The position numbers and the translations under genes are program-made. Of a stretch of DNA of 64,000 bases, positions 36,392-44,941 are shown piece by piece. The DNA is from Proteobacteria bacterium UBA1148. GTDB taxonomy: Bacteria > Pseudomonadota > Gammaproteobacteria > Steroidobacterales > Rariloculaceae. The notes under the pieces are model-generated. The model had not been told where the DNA came from. It saw only the letters and a list, made by a program, of their open reading frames with translations, and did not search any database. The stretch covers positions 54,258 through 118,257 of the forward strand of contig DBZY01000014.1 in assembly GCA_002311835.1 (NCBI GenBank). The letters run 5' to 3'. Positions within the stretch are counted from its first letter, which is position 1, and every line of letters starts with the position of its first letter.

Positions 36392-37401
36392 GCATTGGAG
36401 ACTTTAGATCAGTTATCCGGTCACGATTTCCGTGCGATCGTAGGAGTATACGTCTGCCAGCAATCCTATTCTTGGTCGGAATAGTATTGTTTAGGCTATC
36501 TGTGGTGCATGCACAGTATCCAGAGAAGCCTATCACGCTGGTTACTCCTTTTGCTGCTGGAGGTTCTAGTGATCTAAACGCCCGAGTGTTTACGAGTTTC
36601 TTAAGCGGCTATCTTGGTCAAACGGTACTGATAAAATTAGTGCCCGGACAGGCAGGCCAGAAGGGTACTCTAGAGGCCGTCCGATCGGCACCTGATGGGT
36701 ATACTTTATTGTTCACCGATAATTATCGTGATCAGCTTCACAAGTACACGTTTCGCAACGATGCATACGATACCAATAGAGATTTAGTGCCTGTGGCGCG
36801 AGTCAACTATGGCCAAATTGGCATTATCGTGCGTACTGATGGGGTTTATGAGACATGGGCTCAGCTTGAGGCAGATGCTCGGGCGAGGCCTGGTGAGATC
36901 AGTATGTCTCACAGCGGGTTGTGGGTAGCTCTCTTTGTCCCAATGCTTCAGCTCATGAAGGATCTAGATCTGAGTTTTAGAATGGTGCCATATCGTGGTG
37001 GTGGACCAGCTAAGGCGGCCTTGTTAGCAGGGGATGCGGATGTATCTATGGCTTTTCCAGCGACCGTAGTAGCGGACGTTGAAGCTGGGCTAATACGGGT
37101 GCTGGCCACAGCGGGATCCGAGAGAATACTAGAGGGTGTTCCTTCATTCGCGGAGATCGGTTTATCGCCTACAACTGGGTATATACACCGTGTTGTGATG
37201 GCGCCTATCGGTATTACGGAGGGCAGACTGAGAATTCTGCGTGAAGCATTTGCTCAGATGCAGGAGGAAGAGGCTTATCGCCAGATGATGACACAATTAG
37301 GAGAGAACACCGAGTATCTGGACGGCGCCGATTATGAAGCTCTGCGAATCCAGCAATCTAACGACTACCAAGAACTCGCTCAGTCCCTACTTGATCAATA
37401 G
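36388..37401 (+). CDS. Tripartite tricarboxylate transporter substrate-binding protein (TctC/Bug family)
   Basis: YPEKPITLVTPFAAGGSSD Bug-family N-terminal motif after a signal peptide. The ATG overlaps the tctA stop (ATGA). Confidence 0.85.
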   Translation: MSIGDFRSVIRSRFPCDRRSIRLPAILFLVGIVLFRLSVVHAQYPEKPITLVTPFAAGGSSDLNARVFTSFLSGYLGQTVLIKLVPGQAGQKGTLEAVRSAPDGYTLLFTDNYRDQLHKYTFRNDAYDTNRDLVPVARVNYGQIGIIVRTDGVYETWAQLEADARARPGEISMSHSGLWVALFVPMLQLMKDLDLSFRMVPYRGGGPAKAALLAGDADVSMAFPATVVADVEAGLIRVLATAGSERILEGVPSFAEIGLSPTTGYIHRVVMAPIGITEGRLRILREAFAQMQEEEAYRQMMTQLGENTEYLDGADYEALRIQQSNDYQELAQSLLDQ

Positions 37402-37416
37402 CGAGGGCGGACACCA

Positions 37417-38415
37417 TTAGAGTCCTGCGCGGTTGTTGTTTTTAACTGCACGATTGACCACGTTTACTGGCCACTCGCCTTTAAGAACGCGTCGGACCTC
37501 GTTGGGCGCACCACGCTGTAACCGCTCCATTGCTTGCTCGCTATACCAGGCAGCATGCGGGTTTATAATAACGTTCTCTCGACTTCGTAGTGTGTGGTTC
37601 TCCGGTAGAGGTTCGGGGTCGGTTGTGTCCAAGGCGCAGCCTGCGATCTGTCCTTCATCCAACGCCTTGACGAGCGCATCGGTATCTATAATCGGGCCGC
37701 GGGAGCAATTTACCACGACAGCAGTATTCTTCATCTGCGCAAATGCATCGGCATTTAGCATGCCCCTTGTCTGTGGTGTTAATGGCGCATGCACGCAAAG
37801 GTAATCTGACTCTCGTAGTAAGTTTTCAAACTCGACTTTATCGCCGGGAATATCAAATTGGCCCTGATCCACGAACGGGTCAGAGTACAGCACGCGCATA
37901 TCTAACCCTGCGGCAGCCTTTGCGACCCGTCGCGCGATGTTACCGAACCCAATGAGCCCAACAGAGGCCCCTGCCATACGGAATAATGGTTTTCCGGGTG
38001 GAACTTCCCAACGCCCACTCCGAACGAGGCGGTCGTAGAATGAGATCTTGCGTGCACACGTTAGAAGCATAGCCAGTGTGTGCTCGGCAACTTCTTCAAT
38101 GCAATACGTCGGGTTATTAGTGACAATGATACCGGCTTCGGTCGCCGCATCTAGGTCAATGGTATCGACACCTATCCCATAGCGCGCGATGATTTTGCAA
38201 TTTTTCATTTTCGCCATGACATCTGCCGCGATCGGGCCACCATAAGTGTTCAATAGCGCATCACAATCTTCTGCGTCGGGGAAAAAAGCGTCCGGGTCGG
38301 TGACCTGCAGAGGCACAATATTGGCTAGAGCACCGAGAATTTCATTCTCAACATCTAATGATTCCCATACATAGTCGGTAAGAACAACTTTTGCTTTTGC
38401 CATGTTGATACTCAC
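37417..38415 (-). CDS. D-isomer-specific 2-hydroxyacid dehydrogenase (CtBP/PGDH-like)
   Basis: VGLIGFGNIARRVA NAD motif and the catalytic-domain pattern RGPIIDTDAL...LD. Start is either GTG at 38415 or ATG at 38403. Confidence 0.9.
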   Translation of the reverse strand: MSINMAKAKVVLTDYVWESLDVENEILGALANIVPLQVTDPDAFFPDAEDCDALLNTYGGPIAADVMAKMKNCKIIARYGIGVDTIDLDAATEAGIIVTNNPTYCIEEVAEHTLAMLLTCARKISFYDRLVRSGRWEVPPGKPLFRMAGASVGLIGFGNIARRVAKAAAGLDMRVLYSDPFVDQGQFDIPGDKVEFENLLRESDYLCVHAPLTPQTRGMLNADAFAQMKNTAVVVNCSRGPIIDTDALVKALDEGQIAGCALDTTDPEPLPENHTLRSRENVIINPHAAWYSEQAMERLQRGAPNEVRRVLKGEWPVNVVNRAVKNNNRAGL

Positions 38416-38446
38416 AAATTTTTAGAAAACATCTCTTTAGAGATTG

Positions 38447-39721
38447 TCATTTCATCCAGCGCACAATACCGGTAACGCCGTCTACGGCGACCGTTGAGCC
38501 ATCGGGAATAGATTGTGTCGCGTTGAGAACGCCCAGGACCATTGGGATCCCGCGTTCTCTTGCTAGCGATGCAATATGTGATGTGCTGCCGCCTAGTTCA
38601 GCGACCACTGCAGACACCTGCGGCAGCATCTGGCTCAGCGCTGGTCCTGCAACTTTAGTAACGAGAACATCGCCTGGCCCGATCCGTGAGATTTCGCACT
38701 CGCAATTTACGACACAAGCCCGTCCCGTGCCCCAACCAACACCGGCTGGATGCCCTCTGAGGCGAGGTTTTTGCGCCCAAACTTCATCGACATCAGTAAT
38801 TTCTTCGTTGATGTGTAGTGGGCGTGCCTGTAAGAGTTTGAAACCGGTGTCGTCGAGAGACCATTCAATTTCTGTTGGTCCACCAAGCACTTTTTCGGCA
38901 CTGATTAAATATTCACCAAGTTCAACTATCTGTTTTGGAGAGAGACATATTCGTTCGGCAACGTCACGGTTTATCGTTTCTTTGCCGTGTGCACAGCCAA
39001 CACTGTGAGTTTTCCGTCCGGCGATAATCTCACGGATTTCTCCATTTCGGTTGAGGACATAGCGATCAGGGACGACTTCACCTTGAGCAATTGCAGAGCC
39101 GAGCCCCCAGGTTGCGCTGAGCACCATCTCTCCTTCGGAAGTTCGACTCAATCCACCACCGGATGCTAGTGCATGAACTAACGGCTGAATAATCAGAGCC
39201 ATCGCAGTATCTGCAGGATCAGCATTGTGTGTTGCCATGTAACGTAACGCTCTAGTGGACCAGAGAGCACACCAACATGAGCGGACTGCAATTAGGAATT
39301 CACTCTCATCCTCTAGTCCTAAGAAACTCTCAAACTGGCCTGCAAAACTTGAATCGAAACGATCTTCGACAAGCGCCGACGAGCGTATGACACCGAGCGC
39401 ATCGTTTCCGCTTAGGACTTGATGCCAGGCCTGCAATAGCGGTTGAACTAAGCTTTCAGTTATTGCTTCATTAAGCAGGCTAAGCTTTATGGTCAACGCG
39501 GGACGACGTCCGTCGGAACCGTCTTTTGCAAACACTGCACGCGCGGAATCCTCAAGGCCAAGTGTCTTTAACTGGATTCTGTAGGCTTCAGCATCGAGAC
39601 AAAAGCCGCCCGGCACGGGCAAACCGGCCTGTCCAAGTGCCGCCAGGTTGGCGGCCTTGGGTCCGAAGCGGTCCGCATCTATGGCCTCCGGGGCGCTTAG
39701 CGGGACAATAAGCTGGCGCAT
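38447..39721 (-). CDS. PEP-utilising-enzyme-like phosphotransferase: PPDK_N ATP-grasp domain + swivel phospho-His domain only
   Basis: N-terminal FGPKAANLAALGQAGLPVPGGF and VIRSSALVEDRFDSSFAGQFESFLG (PEP synthase/PPDK nucleotide domain). C-terminal GGSTSHIASLARERGIPMVLG (phospho-His swivel). At 424 aa it has no TIM-barrel or other substrate domain. Confidence 0.8.
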   Translation of the reverse strand: MRQLIVPLSAPEAIDADRFGPKAANLAALGQAGLPVPGGFCLDAEAYRIQLKTLGLEDSARAVFAKDGSDGRRPALTIKLSLLNEAITESLVQPLLQAWHQVLSGNDALGVIRSSALVEDRFDSSFAGQFESFLGLEDESEFLIAVRSCWCALWSTRALRYMATHNADPADTAMALIIQPLVHALASGGGLSRTSEGEMVLSATWGLGSAIAQGEVVPDRYVLNRNGEIREIIAGRKTHSVGCAHGKETINRDVAERICLSPKQIVELGEYLISAEKVLGGPTEIEWSLDDTGFKLLQARPLHINEEITDVDEVWAQKPRLRGHPAGVGWGTGRACVVNCECEISRIGPGDVLVTKVAGPALSQMLPQVSAVVAELGGSTSHIASLARERGIPMVLGVLNATQSIPDGSTVAVDGVTGIVRWMK

Positions 39722-39738
39722 CTTGCGCGATTCCTCTA

Positions 39739-41022
39739 TTAGACGAGTTTACGATCTCTGGAATCTGGAGCAGCATAGCCTGGTATTGGTTTGACTGCGG
39801 TAATTTGCTCCACCGGGAAGTTTGAGACAATTTCGGTATGATCTGAGTGCACGATGAGCATTTCTTCAATGCGAACGCCCCATTCAAACGGAATACCGTG
39901 CTGCGTCTCTAGTGCGAAAGTCATACCCTCTTGAATCTCGATCGGGTGGTCCAGCGACCAAATACGTGAGATGACGGGCGGATCATACTGCGCGAGCCCT
40001 AAGCCATGGCCCCATAGGTTCGCCGCGGCTTGATCCTCTTCTTCATAGCCCCAGGCTTCTTTCGCTGAGGGCCAAACGGAGGCGATATCGCGTGTTGTCG
40101 CTCCAGGTTTGACTTCATTGATTGCTTTATAAAGCCAGTCTAGCGCAGTTGCATAGATTTCTTGCTGCTTTTCGGAAGGTTCTGCGCCGACACAGTAGGT
40201 TCGATAGTAGCAGGACTTATAACCATTCCACGTTAGTGCGGCTAGGTCCATGAATACAATATCGCCGGGTTTGATGATGCGGTCGGAGAAGTTGCGCCAA
40301 TTGGGCCAGGTATTCGGGCCAGAAGATACGATGACGTCTTCGACATCCTCAATGCCTGGAATGTCGTAGAGAAACTTCATGATATGTGCGGTTACTTGAT
40401 TTTCGGTCAAGCCGGGTTTTAGGAAATTCATCGTTTCCCAGTGAGCAGCATCGCCGATGGCACCGACAATCCGAAAACATTCCTGTTCGTCAACATTCTT
40501 GACAGCACGCGCGTCCATCATCGGCGACATGCCGTCTGTCCAATCGATACCTGCTTCCTTAAACGCCTTGATTATATTGATATCGACAAAATCGATGCCG
40601 AGCTTCTCACCTGCGACATTGCTTTTTTTCATCTCCTGCAGCACGGCTTTTGTGAATTTTCCGACTTGCTGTGCAGATGCGGGTCCTGCAGCTCCTTTGA
40701 TCCAGGAATAGGAATAACGAACATTCTCAGGTGGAATCCAGGGGCAATGGCGTTCAATTTGCATACCAATATCACCCTGCTCGAAGATGACCGGTGGGTC
40801 ATCACCGCATAGCATGGCGTACCGTAGTCCTGGTTTTAAGCGGCACCAGCCAGGAGTCAGTGTGCTTGTAACATAGCGAATGTTTTCGTCGTACATCAGA
40901 ACCAATGCGCTGAGTCCTGCGGCTTTCATATGCTCCCGGGCTCTCTCCAGACGGTATGTCCGTAGGCGATCCCAGTTGATGCGTTGCTGCCAGTCCGTTC
41001 CCAACGTGCCAAAATTCGCCAT
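39739..41022 (-). CDS. M24 family (creatinase/prolidase-fold) hydrolase
   Basis: Creatinase_N-like N-terminal domain, then a pita-bread domain: GDIVFMDLA..NGYKSCYYRTY, WGHGLGL, MTFALETQ, VRIEEMLIV. It lies 17 nt upstream of the phosphotransferase gene. Confidence 0.85.
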   Translation of the reverse strand: MANFGTLGTDWQQRINWDRLRTYRLERAREHMKAAGLSALVLMYDENIRYVTSTLTPGWCRLKPGLRYAMLCGDDPPVIFEQGDIGMQIERHCPWIPPENVRYSYSWIKGAAGPASAQQVGKFTKAVLQEMKKSNVAGEKLGIDFVDINIIKAFKEAGIDWTDGMSPMMDARAVKNVDEQECFRIVGAIGDAAHWETMNFLKPGLTENQVTAHIMKFLYDIPGIEDVEDVIVSSGPNTWPNWRNFSDRIIKPGDIVFMDLAALTWNGYKSCYYRTYCVGAEPSEKQQEIYATALDWLYKAINEVKPGATTRDIASVWPSAKEAWGYEEEDQAAANLWGHGLGLAQYDPPVISRIWSLDHPIEIQEGMTFALETQHGIPFEWGVRIEEMLIVHSDHTEIVSNFPVEQITAVKPIPGYAAPDSRDRKLV

Positions 41023-41364
41023 ACTTAATCCCCTGTGTGTGCAACAAACATTAGGGCGAGGCCTGTGGCCTCACCATTATCGTCCAGCGTCTGTGATGTG
41101 GTGCTGTTTGCGGCTTATTAACATAGATCCGCAGAATGCACGCTAACTGATCGCTGGGACGTATTTTACGCTAGCCTTTCTTCACATGAAATGCCTCCTG
41201 CCGGGCAGCTGAGATATACGCATCTGATGCGCTTGCGCCAACAGGTAAGCCTTGCAAGAATGCACCGGTGTCCCCTCACATCAGATCGGTGTTCGCTAGG
41301 GTGAGGCCCATGTTGCAGATTATGAAACACTCCATAACTGGTTATCAGACACTTCCAATCGATA

Positions 41365-41952
41365 ATGGCAACTGAGGAGAGGGTGCAACCCGTCGCTGAG
41401 GAGAGGGTTGAAGAGAGATCCACACCAAAAAAGGATCTTGTTAGTGCTTTTGTCATTGGGTTGTTGTCAATCTTAGCAATAGTCTTTTCGCTTCGCTTGG
41501 ATATGCCAGGGTTGTTTTATACAGCACCCGGATTGCTCCCGTTTGTCACTGGATGCACGCTACTGTTAATGGCAATCATGCTAGGTAAACAGGCAATTCG
41601 AGCAGGGGCAGTGGTCAATTTATCCGGGCTACTAGATGATTTAACTACGGTAGCTAAGCAATTCTGGTTGGCTGAGCAGGATCGGCGCAGGCTTTTACTC
41701 GTGGCGATTATCACATTCTATGTGCTACTGATAGCTTTCATTAATTTTAATTTTCGTTTCCCAACTCCTCTGGATTTTGATTTTGAAATTAGCAGTTACG
41801 AAGTGATCTCGGTATTTATAGTGACGTGGATTCTCAGACTGTTTTGGCAAGCTTCGGTGCGGCGTTGTTTTGTTGTTACGTTGACCACAGTCTTAATGCT
41901 AACGTCTATTTTTCGCTATGGATTCGGCATTCTCATGCCGGAGACTTTTTGA
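41365..41952 (+). CDS. TctB-like small membrane protein, orphan (no adjacent TctA/TctC)
   Basis: 195 aa, charged N-terminus followed by four hydrophobic segments, TctB/DUF1468-like topology. Weak assignment. Confidence 0.45.
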   Translation: MATEERVQPVAEERVEERSTPKKDLVSAFVIGLLSILAIVFSLRLDMPGLFYTAPGLLPFVTGCTLLLMAIMLGKQAIRAGAVVNLSGLLDDLTTVAKQFWLAEQDRRRLLLVAIITFYVLLIAFINFNFRFPTPLDFDFEISSYEVISVFIVTWILRLFWQASVRRCFVVTLTTVLMLTSIFRYGFGILMPETF

Positions 41953-41982
41953 ACGAGTTTTGGTACCAAAGGGGTTATTGAT

Positions 41983-42315
41983 GTGGAGGATACCCACCGG
42001 GATCTCGTGATCGCAACGGAAGAGCCGTTACCGGCGGGCTACCGTACACGAGGCTTCGAGCCGCCCATGGAACGCCATGTTGACTTCCTAACCAGCTATC
42101 CTCCAGGTGATATTTGGAATGGCCAGCTTTGGGGGCCAATGAAAGAAGAGACAATTTCCTGGTTTACCAGAATTATGCTGGGGATTGAGACTCCACACGC
42201 GTCTGCGTCTGACGGTCATAGGAACCTATTACTAACCATGGCCATGGATCGCTCCGCGCGACTTGGAATAGAGATCAGTCTGCCAATCGATCCCGAGGCG
42301 TTCTATACAGATTGA
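41983..42315 (+). pseudogene. Probable remnant: C-terminal ~110 aa of a Gfo/Idh/MocA oxidoreductase lacking the Rossmann domain
   Basis: EETISWFTRIMLGIETPHASASDGHRNLLLTMAMDRSARLGIEISLP parallels the C-terminus of the intact paralog (HNETVHWIEAVAFDRPEMCSAEKAKRVMEIYMAADLSVERKEAVTLPL). GTG start only; no N-terminal domain in any frame upstream. Confidence 0.35.
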
Positions 42316-42421
42316 TCAAGTAGGGCGGTGACTTTTTTAAAAAGGCTCAGCAAAGGTAAGCGGATTGGTTCGCATTTCTCTATGACAAGCCAACCAGTCC
42401 CCTTTATTGGGAGAGAATGGA

Positions 42422-44821
42422 TTATGCGGTGCTGATCTGAAGCGGTTTGTGAGAAGGTTCCTGCCCAGATACAGCATTCACAATCATGTCCGGGACTATC
42501 GGAGTGCGGTTGAAATAATGTCCTCCGAGAGCATCTGAGATCGCGCAGACCAAGGCAGCAGATGCGGCACCCATCACGGGCTCGCCGATGCCCTTCACAC
42601 CCACCGGGTTGACCAAATCCGGCTCATCCACTGCGCCCCATTGCATATTTGAGGGTACGTCGAGATAAGAAGGCGGCTTGGCCTGATAGAGACCTATATT
42701 GGCAGGGAGACCATTTTGCGGGTCATAGATGATGCGCTCTAGGGCCGCGAGTCCAATACCCATGACGGCTCCGCCCTTGATCTGGGTCGCCAGGCTCTGT
42801 GGGTGGATGACTGTGCCACAATCAACCACACCAACGTAGTCAATGATCTCAAATTTTCCTGTCTCGACATCCAACTCGATTTCCATGAAGCCGGCAACCA
42901 GCGCTGGAGTAAGACCTCCTGGGTTCAGATTATCTTTGGACACTCCGATCAATCCCGAGCCGGCAAGTCCGCTAACGGCTCGTTTCGTGATGGAGTGGAG
43001 GTCGTCGGGCATCTCTTGACCGCTGTATTTACCACCGAGTTCTATAGCCCGTTGCGCGGCAGCCGCATAACTTATTGATACTGAAGAATCTTTCGCGCGA
43101 TAGACTTTTTCATCACCAATCTCATAATCTTCCGGAGACCCGCCAAGATCTATCGCAGCAATTTCCTTGAGTTTTTCGACTGCGTTCATAGCAGCGGCAT
43201 AGGCGGTTCGGGTCTGAGTGCCGCTGGTATTACTGCCGAACTGGCCAGAGTTCCAAGGCAGGTGACGATCAGAATCGCCTCGCACGATAATGCAGTTTTC
43301 CCAATTACACTTGAGTATTTCCGCAGCTACTCGTGAAGTTCCCGTATGAGAGTACGTGCCGAGGTTCCCTACACCTGTGTGGATGTACAGCTTTCCTTCG
43401 GGACTCAATCGGACCAATCCGTCAAAGCCGGCAAAGCTCGCAGGGTGAAATCCCTGACCAACTGCGACGCCGGTGACCTTTGAACCACGCCGTTGACCGC
43501 TGCGGGCGCTCCTTTCCGACCAGTTGAACATTTCGGCACCTTTTTCAAGCGCCTCATTCATATATGCGCTGGTCACAGGCACGCGGTGCTCTTCGACAAG
43601 AGAGTCGTTGACAGGTGCGTTAATTTTTCTGATCTCCAGGCGATCAATACCTAGTTCTTTGGCTGCTTTATCGATGAGGGGTTCCATGGCGTTCGCCATC
43701 TGATTCTGTCCGGGACCCCGCTGTGGTCCGCGGGGTATAGTGTTTGTGTGTACTGGTACACCACGGGCGCGCATAGCGACAGGCGTATAAGTAACAGCCA
43801 CGTATTCGGCCCCAGAACGGAAATCCCAGAAACCCTCGGTTGGTCCGGCATCCTGAACGAGATATATATCTGCCGCCAAGATTCTTCCATCCTCACTGAA
43901 ACCTAGCCGGGCTCGCCCTTGGAATCCACCTCGGGCGATACCTAAGTAGTATTCTTCGGTGCGGCTTATGCGCATCATCACGGGACGATTAATTTTTTTA
44001 GACATCAAGGGGGGAATAGCCATTATAGGATAGGCGTGTCCCTTCGAGCCGAAACCGCCGCCACAGAATTCACCCACGTAGCGAAGGTTTTCCACAGGCT
44101 CGTTCATAACGCGTGATAACGCTGGCAGTACGAAAGATTGGCTCTGGCAGGATCCAAAGACGTGGCATCGCCCATTTTCCCAGTAAGCCATATTGCTGCG
44201 CGATTCCATCGAGTGGTGAGAGTTCGCGGCAGTCACGAAAGTTTCGTCAAGAACTAGGGCCGCGTTTCTAAATCCTTCTTCGAGATCGCCGTAGGACCAG
44301 TCCTCAAACGCATTTTCGCCCATCGGCAATACGTCTTCGGGCTCGGCAGCAAAGTCACGGGCTGTCCATTTGAGGGTTTCAGTCGGGATTCCCCGTGTTC
44401 CTACGTTGCCATCACTTCTCGCATTGGGGCCACCTGGGTAAAGGCTATTTAGGGGATCAATGACGAAAGGAAGTGGCTCAATCTCGACCTGTATCCTATC
44501 CAAGGCATCCATGGCCGTGGTCTCGTCTACTGCGGCCACCGCGAGTATCGGTTCGCCGACGTATTTCGGCTCATTGGTCAGAATGGGGTTTGCTGGGTGT
44601 GAAGGCACTTCATCTGCGGTGAGTATGCCAAGCACGCCTTCCATTTCTAGTGCCTCACTGGCATCGATATTTGTGACTCGCCCGTGAGGAATTGGGCTTA
44701 GAAATAGGCGACAGAACACCATCCCCTCAACACGGAAGTCCTCCGCGTATTTCGCTCTTCCGGTCACCTTTCCTTCTACGTCCGGTGGCGTGAAGTCTTT
44801 CCCAAGTAGTGAATAAGCCAT
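42422..44821 (-). CDS. Molybdopterin-binding large subunit of a xanthine dehydrogenase/aldehyde oxidase/CoxL-family hydroxylase
   Basis: GKVTGRAKYAEDF hammerhead N-terminus and a ~800-aa Ald_Xan_dh_C2-type body. ATG at 44821 (ORF opens at 44851). No 2Fe-2S or FAD subunit gene is adjacent. Confidence 0.9.
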   Translation of the reverse strand: MAYSLLGKDFTPPDVEGKVTGRAKYAEDFRVEGMVFCRLFLSPIPHGRVTNIDASEALEMEGVLGILTADEVPSHPANPILTNEPKYVGEPILAVAAVDETTAMDALDRIQVEIEPLPFVIDPLNSLYPGGPNARSDGNVGTRGIPTETLKWTARDFAAEPEDVLPMGENAFEDWSYGDLEEGFRNAALVLDETFVTAANSHHSMESRSNMAYWENGRCHVFGSCQSQSFVLPALSRVMNEPVENLRYVGEFCGGGFGSKGHAYPIMAIPPLMSKKINRPVMMRISRTEEYYLGIARGGFQGRARLGFSEDGRILAADIYLVQDAGPTEGFWDFRSGAEYVAVTYTPVAMRARGVPVHTNTIPRGPQRGPGQNQMANAMEPLIDKAAKELGIDRLEIRKINAPVNDSLVEEHRVPVTSAYMNEALEKGAEMFNWSERSARSGQRRGSKVTGVAVGQGFHPASFAGFDGLVRLSPEGKLYIHTGVGNLGTYSHTGTSRVAAEILKCNWENCIIVRGDSDRHLPWNSGQFGSNTSGTQTRTAYAAAMNAVEKLKEIAAIDLGGSPEDYEIGDEKVYRAKDSSVSISYAAAAQRAIELGGKYSGQEMPDDLHSITKRAVSGLAGSGLIGVSKDNLNPGGLTPALVAGFMEIELDVETGKFEIIDYVGVVDCGTVIHPQSLATQIKGGAVMGIGLAALERIIYDPQNGLPANIGLYQAKPPSYLDVPSNMQWGAVDEPDLVNPVGVKGIGEPVMGAASAALVCAISDALGGHYFNRTPIVPDMIVNAVSGQEPSHKPLQISTA

Positions 44822-44941
44822 TCTATTATCCCCTCGGGATGCTTTGGGCACCCATTGAGCCTTAACGGCAGCTACCCGCCGAATTTTCCCAGGATCGCCT
44901 GTCTGTTGGGATCAGTCAAGGTATATCCAGGCCGCGACCCC

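Noticed and set aside
39739-41022. Possibility that the M24 protein is the DMSP lyase DddP
   Set aside because: DddP is an M24-fold enzyme common in marine bacteria, but the motifs I recall for DddP around the metal site (FDTDLIG...VDISRT, HGVGLCDEWP) do not resemble FMDLAALTWNGYKSCYYRTY and WGHGLGLAQYDPP here. This is only a superfamily-level relationship.
41166-41456. 96-aa minus-strand ORF in the 41.0-41.4 kb spacer
   Set aside because: It overlaps the 5' end of the plus-strand membrane-protein gene, is Cys/Arg/Ser-rich and has no RBS. Treated as spurious.
41950-41985. TGA read-through or selenocysteine fusing the TctB-like ORF to the downstream 110-aa ORF (same frame, no other stops between)
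   Set aside because: A membrane TctB fused to a soluble dehydrogenase C-terminal fragment makes no structural sense, and I see no SECIS-like hairpin immediately downstream of the TGA. The shared frame is probably coincidence.
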